From Raillietiella orientalis (lineage: Eukaryota), in NCBI GenBank assembly GCA_036172245.1, contig JAYWIR010000044.1:1426001-1490000 (forward strand): a stretch of 64,000 nucleotides of DNA, given 5' to 3'. The position numbers were made by a program, and so were the translations under genes. Shown here in pieces: positions 37,701 to 49,700 of this stretch (position 1 is its first letter; every line of letters starts with the position of its first letter). The notes under the pieces were generated by a model. It saw only the letters and a list, made by a program, of their open reading frames with translations, made no database searches and was not told the DNA's origin.

Positions 37701-40700
37701 CTTAAGAAGCGCTAACCGTTCGGTGGACACCTGCAGTGGACCCCAAGCAGCTTGGCTCATCCAAATTTCCTCTACTCCATCCAAAAGCACAGCAGTTGAC
37801 AGGCACGAAGTTTCCACCCGTGGACTTCCTGACTGTTCACATCTGTGGTCCCATGAAATGCAGAAGCACGCGGTGGACAAGGAAGACTTCATCGCCCTAC
37901 TGCGGTCGTCGCTAAGAGCAGCGAAATGTGGCGGCGAAAATGGGAATGTGGGGCGGCAAGTGTGAGGTCAAAGAAGCCCGAGGGACGGAGGAAAGGAGGG
38001 ACCCACATGCTGATGGTACATGAGATTTCCCTCGAATACCTTGCGGGGAGTGCGCATTCGCATGGATAGCTGTCATGGAAGGAGAAGAGGGAGAGAGGGG
38101 CTGGTCTTCGTGGAAGGGAATGCAATGGAAATTCGGAGTGCACCGTTGCTTTGATTCGATCCTTCGAGAGTGTCGACGATTGACGTCCGGATTGAAAAGT
38201 CAAAAGTGTCCGTCGCTTTCCTGTGCAGGTGTACGGGCGAGATGCTGCGCCCGGCTGCGAGGAGATTCGGTCCCTTGCCCGCTTGTGCCAAACTCGGCTG
38301 CGGGTCTTAGGAAGCTCTTTGTCGCCGGTGGTTGGAGAGTGTTGAGCGCCGTTCAGGGCATCTTGCTCCGCATGCGAAGGTGCTGCTGTGCGAGTGGCTG
38401 CTGTTGCAACCCTTGAGGCTTCGTGCTCGAGTTCCGCGTGGTTTCCGGAACTCACGAGACGTAGTTTTTTGGGGAAGCTGCATCCGGTTGAATGAATGAT
38501 GGAGGAGCACTGGAATGTCCGTCCTCGTTTAATCGAATTGTCCTTTTCTGGTGTGCTCCCGAGTCGGTGCATAGGCAGCGATGATGACCGCAATCGCTTC
38601 GTGGAAACCAGAGGGAGCCATGCAGACGCTGTCCAATAACCGGACAGCCGTTGTCCCTCTCCCTCTATTGCTGACCTGATAAACGTCCGGGGAACGTAGT
38701 GTCAGGTGAGCCTGTGTGTTGCTGGTGGGGAACTGTTGTGTGGATGGTCCTCGGATGCAGAGGGAACGAGGGAGAGTCCAGCGCAAGCAAAGCAAGCTAG
38801 AAACTCTTGTTAGCGAAAGTGCTCCTGGATGCTTTGATAGCTTCGGGGCCATCTGGGGGTGTTCGAGGATTGGGCAGCTTCCGCGAGGTATTCGTGTGTA
38901 CGAATTTTCCGAGCTGGAACTCTGCAGAGAGGCTGCGCGGTGTGGTTTATGATAAGATTCTGATTTGTTCCACTCAGGCCATACTTGGGAACCGCATGTC
39001 AGGTGCATTGGCGTTTACATTTGCATGGACGTGGCCTGCTTGTAGGAGGGGAGAGGGGTCTGCAAGGTGCGGTTGTGCGTTCTCCGGGTGAGTCCTTCTC
39101 GTTTTCCTCCTTAGGAAGCGAAGAGGAAATCGATGCCGTTCCTATCGCGCCATCCTCTCCAGCTCTGGAGTCGTTCCATGCCGACGGAGTCCCGCGGGGA
39201 CGGCACAGAGCTGCTGACGGCGCAGTTGGCGACAGGGAGTCTTCTGGGCGAAGAGGGACTGAAGAAAAACACATCTGGGGTCGCGCGCTGGGATCCGGTG
39301 TCCGGCTGCGGAACGTTCTCGCTGATCTCGGAGTTCGATGTGCAATCCACAAGCAGGTGATAAAGAAATTCTAGGTCTTCGCACTTGCAACTGTTTGCCC
39401 TCCCTGTGTTTATTTGTATCTTCTTAAAGTGGTGGCCGCGACGCCGCGATGCACCTGATGGGGAGGTTGCGAGTGTTCGGGCTCTCATGGGCTGCCAAAT
39501 CAGATTCTCGTGAGGAATTCGGGTGTAAAAAGTGGAAACATTCTTTTTTGCAGGGCTATTGAGGTCGGTCAGGTGCAACCTCTTATCGGCTTGTGCTTGA
39601 ATTCACTTCGCAAGAGTGCTCCCACGTTGCTGGCTGCTGCCGTTTTGCATCCTCAGCGCTGCGGCAAGGGAGTTTGTCTTTCCCCACTCAGTCTTCACGA
39701 GGTGAACGATGATTCCCCCTACAGGGAACAACTGTTGTAAAGGAGGTACGGCAACCGCTGCGATCACTCCGATGTGGGCTCGTTGATCTTCGCGTGCATG
39801 GCAACTGTTTCCTTTGACCGGTCCGTACGTTTTGCTGAGTTGCAGGGGATGCAACCGTTCTCTTCCGACAAGTAGCCAACCGCAAGAGCTGGAGTTCGCA
39901 TTCGGACATGTCGCGGTCATCTTCGTGAACCGTGCTGAGGTTTTACATATGAATGTTATCAACAGTGGAAAAAAATTGAAAAGAGAAGGAAAATATAATT
40001 GTGCTTGATCATTGCAGACATAAATTCGCTTTTGTTTTTTGAAGTGATGATACCAAAGTGTGTATGATATTCTCCCTATAATTTAGTAAAGGTCTTTGTT
40101 TAGTTTTGATTCTAAATTCGGAATTTTGGATTTTTACACGTTTTCCAGACAATTTTCCTTTTTTGAAAGTTAATCCTTTTGTGAGTTTCGGCACTAAAGA
40201 ATCTTTTCGTGCCTTCAAAACCGATTTTGAAATGAAAAACTACAATTTAAATTTTCAGATACTAATTTTATTTGATCGACCGCTATGTAGTCCAAATTTT
40301 CAAATTTCATGTACATGGTGATCGATCTGCATTGATTTGGGACCTTGATACACTCTTCCATACCTTGAAAGTGAATACGAATAAAATAAATTATTAAAAA
40401 AGTCATTGCACATGTTGACTTCTATATTGATTTTGTTCAAAACCGAGGAGAACACATGATATCAGAGTCAATTTTCCTGTCAACTCTTTCTGAAAACACA
40501 ATTTTGTGTATCCAGCAACATGATGTGTATATTGTATAACGCATCCATTAGTAAGTGCAAATATCAGAATTTGTAGGAAAACGTGATTTAATCAAATATC
40601 TGTTTTTTTCAGAGCGTTTGGTTCTGAGCCAATTTTTTCATTTATTATCCGTCCCAGATTGATTGGAGATATATACTTCACTAAAGAACGTTCTGCTTCC

Positions 40701-40934
40701 CTGGAAAATTACATCATACAACGAATTATAACTTATGGAAAAACAACCTTTCATTTCAGATTATAAAACTGCTTCAGCATTGAAAATTCCCGGGCTTGTA
40801 AGCGATGTGTAATATATGTCCAGGACTTGAAATCCTAGAAGGAACAATATCGCCCAACTTAATTTTTAATGACAGTGTGCAACAACATACAGAATTCTTT
40901 TACATTGTCATTTGTCATTCTCACTCGTTTAACG

Positions 40935-41395
40935 TACATTCAATTGTTTTAAATAAAATTGTAAGTAGAATTCAATGAAAGTTTCAGTAAAAATGTTTTG
41001 CGTTATCTTAATTTTACCTTTTTGCCACATTGTTTTTTTAAGCAACTGATTTCGCTTTAGTTCTTCTTGATAGTGTGTGATAATTGTGTGTGTGTGTTTT
41101 TTTTTTGTGAGCAACTGCAGCAAGTGACTGATTTCCTTTTGGGATCCAAAGTTAAAAAAAAAAAAATGGCACTCTAGAAATTTTCAACAATTCCATGGCT
41201 TTTTTGCAAACAAAAAAGCACACACAAAAAAATAAACACAATTATCACACATTATCAGGAAGAACTAAGGCGAAATCAGTCAGGTGCTCAAAATAACAAT
41301 GTGAAAAAAGGTAAAATTAAGATAACACAAAATATTTTTACTGAAACTTTCATTTTATTTCACTTACACTTTTATTTCGAACAACCTTCAATGTA
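40935..41395. mobile_element. Foldback/MITE-like element: ~175-bp imperfect inverted arms (40935-~41112, ~41218-41395) around a ~105-bp spacer
   Basis: AATGAAAGTTTCAGTAAAAATGTTTTGCGTTATCTTAATTTTACCTTTTT pairs with AAAAAGGTAAAATTAAGATAACACAAAATATTTTTACTGAAACTTTCATT. Ends read TA|CATT...AATG|TA, compatible with a TA target-site duplication. The inverted repeat is directly visible; the mobile-element identity is inference. Confidence 0.7.
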
Positions 41396-41805
41396 TTAGT
41401 ATAAGAGTCAGACAGAAAAAAATTAAGTACTCAAAAAGGATTAAAGAAAACAATATGATTCACTGTCAAAAATTTGACAATTTTTATTGAAAGGAAATGA
41501 TCTAAAGTGTATTCAAGCAATAGATGAAGAGAGATTCAATACAGTCGTTTGAAAGACATATTTTCGTCATATTTATTGTATTCCTACATGTCCTCTGTTT
41601 AAATCGAAAACCTAATTTTGGTTTTCTCACATTTGAATTTATGTATTTGCAATTTTTTTCCAATATATTAATTCATAATTGCATGTGATTCATTTAGTTT
41701 TCAATATTGTAATTAAAAATTTCAAAACCTATGAATACATTGCAAGTAATTCTGTTATCCTGTGTACTTCCGGTCTCGTAAAATGTAGCGTGAAGTGCGA
41801 GCAAA

Positions 41806-42522
41806 ATGCCGCGGTACACGACGTGTATTGGGTTGCATAAGGGTTTCAAAGTCACAAAAAATAAGCCCAAACCACGACCATCTAGAAGGAAAGGGGTAAG
41901 TTAAATTTGTGGCAGAAACCTTTGTCTAATCTTTTTTTTTCCGTAGAAATTTTCAAAACGAGCCAAGTTTGTGCGTGATATAATACGAGAAATTGCTGGC
42001 CATGCACCTTACGAGCGCAGAGCCATGGAGTTATTGAAAGTTTCTAGAGACAAAAGGGCTCTCAAGTTTTTGAAAAAGAGGGTAGGGATCACTGTGCTCA
42101 CCGTATACGTGTTTTTGAAATAGACTTTAGTCTTTTTCGAGATTTCGATATTAGAAAACTAGATAGTGAAACGTGATTAAGTAAACATTTTCGAACTTTC
42201 TACTTTTACATTTAGAAACTGGTTTTTTGATGTGAACATTTCCGTTTCACAATATTAAGAGTATAACTTGCCTTCGATTTGGGAGAAATCCTTGTAACTT
42301 GCCATTTTTTATGTTAATAGTATCGGTATTAAAGGTGATCATAGGAATTGCAAATGTAAGAATGGTTGCGAGGATGTGTTTTAAGATCAGGAATGATTAA
42401 AGTGCATGTATTGCTGACAATTTTTGCAGCTGGGTACCCATCTACGTGGGAAAAGGAAGCGAGAAGAACTCAGCAGTGTTCTCGTGCAAAAAAGAAAAGC
42501 TGCTGGTGCACAAGCCAAATAA
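41806..42522 (+). CDS. RPL36: 60S ribosomal protein L36 (eL36), 105 aa; coding exons 41806-41895, 41947-42081, 42430-42522
   Basis: Spliced translation [105 protein letters not shown] matches the eL36 signature ([24 protein letters not shown]..KRLGTH.R.KRKREEL). Two phase-0 GT-AG introns (51 and 348 nt). AATAAA overlaps the stop codon (42518-42523). Confidence 0.97.
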
Positions 42523-45500
42523 ATTATATAGATAGACAAATAGTTTTTCCTTTCAATTGATTGACTCACTGAGTCCTCTTAAGTTCATGATGATATGATG
42601 TTGATTTATGATTTATACATCTTGCTTCTGTCATGTTGCTATGCAATTTGTATTTGTTTATGTTGGTGTGTATTCCAGCAGAAATAGGAATAGTGCTGTC
42701 ATTATGTGTGAAAGTAAGTAAATAAGTCTGTTAAGTACTTCTCAGCAAATTCACTTGATAACACAGAAAAATATGATATCTGTTAACATGGAATTATGCA
42801 ATAGTTGAATCACAATTTCAAGTGCTCTTGGGAATAAAGGTGGGTTAACAGTTCCTGATTGGATGGGTCTTTTGTGTAGTGGTTTTGTTCGTTCTTCAGT
42901 TAACCAAATTCACTTGGCTTAAGGTACCTAAAGTGCATGTGAAGTAACATACATGCCAATGTTGAAAGGATTTTTCTTTTGTGGAGTCATTTTCAGTCAA
43001 CTGGGACTGGTCATTTTGTGCCCTTACTGAGGAACATCTGGGTCTTTCTGACATCACAAGTACATCCATGTTGGAAAAAACTTGCCTTTGTACACCTTCA
43101 TACTAAATAAATTGAAGGGATGGGTAGCAAAGTTTCCTGCACTGTTCTTGATTGTTTTAAAACGCATACTCTTGAAGTTCTAAGAGTGCATGTAGTCAGT
43201 TAACAAGAAAATAGAGGTTGGAGGTTACACTTCTGTGCGTTTGATCTTTGGGGGACAGAATCATAAAAATCTTGTGGAAGTGTATGTTCATTCTCAGTAA
43301 TCTTAGTAGATCCAGATGATAAAGTCAGCATTGTGAAGCTTCAAATTGAATACCTAAGGTTGGTTCTGCCCACAATCATGTGTAATGACTATTGTAAGCA
43401 ACTGCTGAAGATGTGTACTGGGAGTGTGGGCTACAAATGGAAACTTTACTGTAGCAAAGAAACAAATAAAAATGGTAGCACATCTGGGAAGCCTTGATGA
43501 ATCATAATTGAGGGTGCAAACTGAGCATTTTTTTTGCACCTTGCTATAGATATGCTTTTGCATCTCTTGTTGCTGAATGCACCTCATTACATCTGTGTAT
43601 TTTTTCCAGATGAGAATCATAAATTCAAACCTAACTACTTTTATTTATTTATATTTTCTCTTTAATGCTTATCTTTAAGATGGTTCTGCCATAAGTTTTG
43701 TTCTTTTCAGTTTTTGTTTTCACTTGTGAGTTTTAGGTAGCTGGTCTGCTTGCGAATATTTTGATCTGGGTTTCATTTGCTAATTTTTGATATCTCCTCT
43801 GCACTTGTATGGTGAGCCATCAAAACCAAAGATCTAAAGGTACATGCAAGGATGTTCAGTTCATGTTTCCAAATCCTTTCCAATTTTCCTCAGATTTTGT
43901 TGAAGTTCAATCCTTGGATCTTATGGTTGAGTCATTTGTTAAATTGTTAAGTATTGATAAACAGAAATAGCAAAGCAAACCAGAAACCAGTTCAAAACCA
44001 GCATTTGCCGAATTTTTTTTTTTTTTTTTTATCTGTTAGCCATTTGATTGCAACACAAATGGTTGAAAAGGTAAAGACACAGGTCAGTATGGTGTGGAGA
44101 GAGCAGCATATGCAGTTAAAAGGCAATGAATGAGACTATTCAAGGCAAAATGCACGTAAAAGATATTTTCGTTGAGAGGGTGAAAGGTGCTCTCAGGTAA
44201 TAAGAACGTGATTAGCGATGAAGACTGGGAAAACAAATCGAGTGATGGGCGCACACAGAAAAGTTTGGGTCCAGGAGCTGCGGAGATTCACCGTGGCTGC
44301 TATGAGGCGCTTGAAGGCTTCCAGCAGATATGTTGCTCCTGGCTGTGGTGAAGTGCACTCACTGCGATGCTGATTTTTCGTTATGTCGGTTGGCGTTATG
44401 CTGGTTGGAGATAAGATTGGTTCGCCTGGAGAATTAGGGAACGTCCTGGTGTTTCGACCGAGTTGAAAAGGAGTAACCATCCGGTTTCCTTCTCCACTTT
44501 TGTGGGTGCACGGTGCTTGGGAAACATTCGCCGCATACGTGTAGAACGAAAGCCTGTTGTTCCAGAACGGAGGTGACCGAGGTCTGCTGGCTGCCACAGT
44601 CAATGCAGGAACTGTGCCCGAGCTGTGTCCACGGAGTGGAGGCTCTGCGCTTTTGCCCGCGTCCACCCCATGGCCGTGGAGCTGCGGCGCTCGGCTGGTG
44701 ACGTGTAAAAAGAGACATTCGGATCTACACGCCCGCCTCATTCGGGGGGGGGGGGGCATTTCGTAGATCGGGGCTACAGGTCACGATGCAATGAAAAGAC
44801 GGTAAAGTTCCGTTTCCGAATGATTAAGGAGCTTCGTTTTCGTAACACCCGGTGGTCATGCTGCGTAACATATCGCAAGGACACCCACCGGCGACAGCAC
44901 CCTCGAGTGCAGAAAAGGGAGGAGGGATGATGCTGCGTCACGTGACCAGGAAGCGCCCAACTGGTTGCCTGCGGACGGGGCTTTCATCCCGTCTCGGCCC
45001 TCGCACCGGGACGCACGTACGGTTTTTTCCCCGTACGCCGTACACCTTCCGTGGGCACGGTCGCATGCCTTTCTCGTACGTTTTCGGAGCGACGCATTCG
45101 CACCTTTGACGTGGTTTGTACGCACCGAGGCCGGGGGTGTACGTGCACCCCCGCGTGGAAACACCGTGGCTTCCTCCCACTGCCGAGTTTCGTTGCGATA
45201 AATCTCTCCTCGAGGCAGTGAAACCGAATTTCCGCTCGTGGTGGTGATTTTTGGTGAGAATTCGGCTGATTCGGCATCACCGACTTGGTTGCGCGGTGTG
45301 CAAGCACATCCGGCTGTACGTTCCTTCGTGCAAACAAAACAAAAAAAAAAAAAAGAGGGAAGGCGCACTTTTCCAGTGGGGGGGCTCCTTCGTTTGCGGG
45401 GAAGGCACAACCGCCGCATCTGCAGTCCCCTTCTTTGGGGGTGTCTGCAGCACCGCGAATGGGGTGTGGCGAGAAATTTGGCTCCTTCCGTTTGCAGAGG

Positions 45501-46799
45501 TCCGCAACTGTGGCTTCCTACATTTCGTTGTTTCTCTGCCTGCAAAAAAGACTTTTGACGGTGCTTTTATTCATTTTTTTTTATTTTTTTAAAAAATTGC
45601 GAGCATGCACTGCGAATTTTGGCACCGAGCGCCGTCAGCTCCACGAGAAAAGTCGAACGTACGTACGCTGGAGAGAGAGAACCACCTGCAGCACGCGTTA
45701 ACGTACAGTACACGATCTTCCACGAGGTAGCTGTCATTAAGGTATTATCTTTGCGTGAGTGCTGCATTTTCGGACGGGAAGGGGGGAGGAGTATGAACAA
45801 AATGCAGCCGATAAAAAAGTTTTCGAAAAGAGTGGAGTTGAGCGTTGGCTGCAGATGGAGTGGACCCAATCGGATCGGCCCTGCTCCCATTTTCGCCGAG
45901 ATCCTTTGACCATTCTGCGTGGAAATTCGGCTTGGGGGGGGGGGGGGGAGACAAAAAGTCAGGGTGATGGGAGAGATGAAGGTGCGGCGGGCGTTCCTCG
46001 AAATTCATCACAAGAGCCATCGCTTGTGTTTCAAAATGACGGATGTGCGTCTGCCTTCCCGGAACTGCTCTGGACCTTCGGAACCAAAGTGCTGGCTGAA
46101 AGAGAAGGATTCGGGGGGGGGGGGCCTGCGGAAACAAAAGTGCAAGGATGTGAGCTACGGATGGGAAGCGCAGGAAAAAAAAAAAGGTGAGGGCAGAGAG
46201 TAGAAAAAACGGTTTCAACGGAGCAAGTTACCACGTGAACTCATCGGCTCGGAACAAATGAGTCCTTGCGAGTGCCTGGAAAAAAGCCTTCCTGGACATC
46301 AGCTATGCCCTGCCCGCATGGCATTCCGCCGCGCACGTGCCCAGTCTAGAAAGCAAAATCTGCACGTCGACCTCGAACTGCCGCGCGCCTATCACGCACG
46401 CGAGCGCCTCTAATAGGTGCTCCTCTCAATGATAGGGAATATCGGTGGCAGCGTGGGTTTTTTCCCCGGACGCCTTTCGTCGAACCCTGGATCTTTCTGA
46501 GATGACGCTGATCGCCGGTTCGACCATCATCTGGAGCTGTCATCGGTCCATACCCATCCTCATGCAACAGCAGTTGCGTTTTATTATTATTATTTGTTTT
46601 GGACATTTGGTGAGACTACCTGATTTCCAATTATTTTACGATATTACTAGTATTAGTATTGGTTCCACAGCCAATTCGAATGACCGGTTTGAACAGAAGC
46701 AGATCGGCTTACAGATGTCGAATTCCGTCCGGGGCCCGGAGAAGGGTTGCTTTCCTTTTTGGGGGTCGCTAATTACTGGAGAACCGCCATTCGCCCGAG

Positions 46800-49700
46800 G
46801 GGGTCATGCAGCTCTTTGACATCATCTACACTAATCGAGGGCGCGTGTGACTCTTCGAGCTAGGGGTACTGCGGGAGGAGACCACCCTATGAATCCAGCA
46901 TGACTCCTCAGGAAAGAGTCCGTTCCTCTCTTACGCTTGGGAGGAAACCCCGACTGGAATGTCTTCCCTATTCTCTCCGGAGGGACCTCACTGAGGGAAC
47001 CATGCGTCATCTCTCCTCCAGTGGGACTCTCGGGAAAGGATCCGCTCCTTGTTTCCTCCTCGGAAGAGAACCCTGAAGAAACGCTTCCCATTTTCCCCGA
47101 AGGGAGCAGCGCGCTTCTTGCACTCTGAAGAGGGATCATCCATCCACCAGCTCCGTGGTAGGCGATGGAGGGTCCCTCCTCTCTGAGTGAGAAACGATCC
47201 ATCTTCGCAAGATTTGCGGAAAGACCCCGGAGGACCAGTCAGCGGCTTTGACCCATGCCACACCCGAAGCCTACAAGGCCAACCAGCGTCATCTTGCGGG
47301 GGGTACTCGAAACCCACCGCGCATCACCCGTTTCTCCGGCGCCGATCCTTCTCCTGGCGGGATTCGAACCCGGCATGGCGTGAGGAGCTGAGGCCGCAGC
47401 CACGTGGAGGGCGCTGGGAAGCTTCGAAAGTTCGAGGGGCGCTTGACAAGGGGAACGACCATGCGTCGCGAAGGGAGAGTCCTCTCATCCGGGCTGCTGC
47501 CCCTTTGCCCGCCTCGGGTGCGGCCAGCGAAGGTGTCATCCGGGTTGTGAAAGGTCACCTGCGCAGGTCACCGGCAGCCGGGCTGTGCCTTCTCTTCGGT
47601 GGCAGCGGCTCCCGCCCCCAACGCCTAGCGGGCTGCCGGCCACCTTCCAGGAGCGGCGAGCATCGACTGTCGCCGGGACTTCGGACCAGGCGGACCGCTG
47701 GCGACGACTTTCCTGTAGCGGCACGAATTTGAGGTAAAGCGTAGGAGGCGCACCGATCCCGGCCGGATGCGCGAACGCGTCGCGAAAGGAGGAAAAAGGA
47801 GGAGGAGGAGGGGACCATGGAAAGGAGGCGGTGCCTCTCAACCCCCTGTGGAAGCGTCTGCGAACGCACGGCGGGGGAGCCGCAGAGGACGCTCGCCCGG
47901 CGGGGGACCTCCCGTCGCGGGAAGATTTGCGGCCCCGGCGGCAAATTCGGGGTGAAGCCTTCGAGTCAGGAAGCGGACGCAGAGAGGGGGCCGTCACAGG
48001 GCAGAAGGATCTCTTCCAGGAGGAAGGCTCCTGCTCTCCCCTGTCAGGGAGCCAACCAAGGCCCCTTCTGAAGGGAAATTCCCCGCTCCCGGGGCTCGTC
48101 GGTCTCCAGAGGCGCCGCCCCCGGCGAAGCTGAGCGACCCCGACCTCCCATCGCGGCCGCGAGGTCGCTGCTCCGGGCGGCTGCCGTTTCCGAGTCACGC
48201 GGCCCGCGCAGGACGAGCGCGAGAACAACTTTGACGGTGACACGGCTCCCTCAGCGACCGGACGACCCAGAAGAGCGCGCGACCTTTTCTGCGGGGCAAG
48301 GCGCCGAGTTGGTTGACCTCTCGCGCGCAGAAGCTCCGGCAGGTTTCCCACGCGAGGCCGAGGATCAGACATTTCAGCGAGCCACTTGGCGGCTCCACCC
48401 AGGCATTACGAAAAAACACCCTGCGGCGAGGTCTGTTTCCCTTCATCCCCAGTCGTAAGAACCCCTCGAGCCGACCTCTCCCTGGGTCACCATCGACCTC
48501 CGTGCTGACTTCCCTGAGGCATCGTGGTGGGAAGAGGTCGCCCGACCTGTCCTTGGGGTGGAGGGAGCGCACTCGGGGATTTTGGGGACGCCGGGTAATC
48601 CCCTTTTGGATGGAGGTCCGCAGCCTCGTGGGCAGCTTGCCTCCCGGAATCACGGACCACCTCCGTCGCGGTTTTGCACTTCCGGCAGCAGCGCGGGGGA
48701 GTGCCATCACCTCAGGAAACGCGAGCGTCTCCCTCGCCATTGAGCAGCGGCCCCGCAGGAGTTGCCCGCCGGGCTCCCTCGTGACGGGGGAGTCGGGTCG
48801 CTGCAGCGCAGCCTCCGAAACGCCAAAGCAAGGGAAATCCGCCGACTGTGGTGGGCCGGAGAGTCACCAGAGCTGCCTTGCCTGCTGCCTACCGGATGAA
48901 GCAAATCGAGGAGACCTCAGTACATGCCCTTCCCCCTTCCCTTTCCCCTAAGCGGACCCGGATCTTTTGGCGCGGGGAGGTCGAGCAGTACCCTTCCTCC
49001 TGCGGGCACAACGCAGCACTCCCGCGCAACAACGTCGAAACGCCTGAGGCCGTCGCCGAACCGGACCCTTGCGCGGCTCACAGAAGATTCTTCACTCGCC
49101 CCCGTCCACCACGGCAACTCCCTTCCCGTCCTCGGTGCGCGCTCGTCGGCGACGGTTCGCTATCCCCCTCGGAGATGGCGCTGCAAGCTTTGCAACGCCG
49201 GAGGTGCCTCCTTCCCGAACAGCCCCCGAAAAGCAGGCCCTCAGCCCCACAAACAAACTGCTCTTCCTGGATGAAGGATGGGAGGTCGGGCTGCAGCAGG
49301 GAAGAGCGCGTGGGTCGCGGCCTCGGAATAGCGGTCCATCGTGGACGGAAGAACCGCGCCGCCGAGAGGCTGCCAGGCGCGCGTGGGGCCCGCCCGCCTG
49401 CCGCCGTCGCGGATCCGCTCGTGACCAAGCCGCCACCCCCTCCTCCTGGCAGGACGAGGCGCTCCCGACGAGAGGGTGCCGCTCTTGACTTTGGTAACCT
49501 AGCTTTATGACGGTTTCCATGGACACTCATACAGCTAGATAACCAAAGAGAAAACACAGCACTCGCGATCTTCCTGCTCTTCCTGCTGGCACGGAGGGGG
49601 TCGGGGGCAACGCCCCTCCCTCCGCTCTCCCGCCTCGCCGACCGGGAGAGGGTAAGGGATGGGGTTGCCGCGTGAGCGCTCTCCTTGCCTTCCCGGAAAG

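Larger units (their letters stand above)
21658..38628 (-). repeat. Right arm of giant inverted repeat (may extend further right; its partner would lie outside the window)
   Basis: Begins GCGATCCTCCTCCTCGTCC at 21658, the reverse complement of the left-arm end. Position 38628 pairs with position 1 (CGTCTGCATGG / CCATGCAGACG). 15 substitutions seen, no indels. Confidence 0.98.

Noticed and set aside
1..38628. Palindromic rDNA minichromosome or organelle-type inverted repeat
   Set aside because: No conserved SSU, LSU or 5.8S rRNA motifs and no organellar genes recognised in the arms; flanking genes are spliced nuclear genes.
42082..42429. Intronic snoRNA in RPL36 intron 2
   Set aside because: No clean box C/box D pair with terminal stem, and no H/ACA double hairpin recognisable.
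47330..47420. tRNA or tRNA-derived SINE (B-box GGTTCGAATCC on the minus strand at 47360-47370)
   Set aside because: No convincing A-box or cloverleaf could be built around it. The same applies to GGTTCGATTC near 56589.
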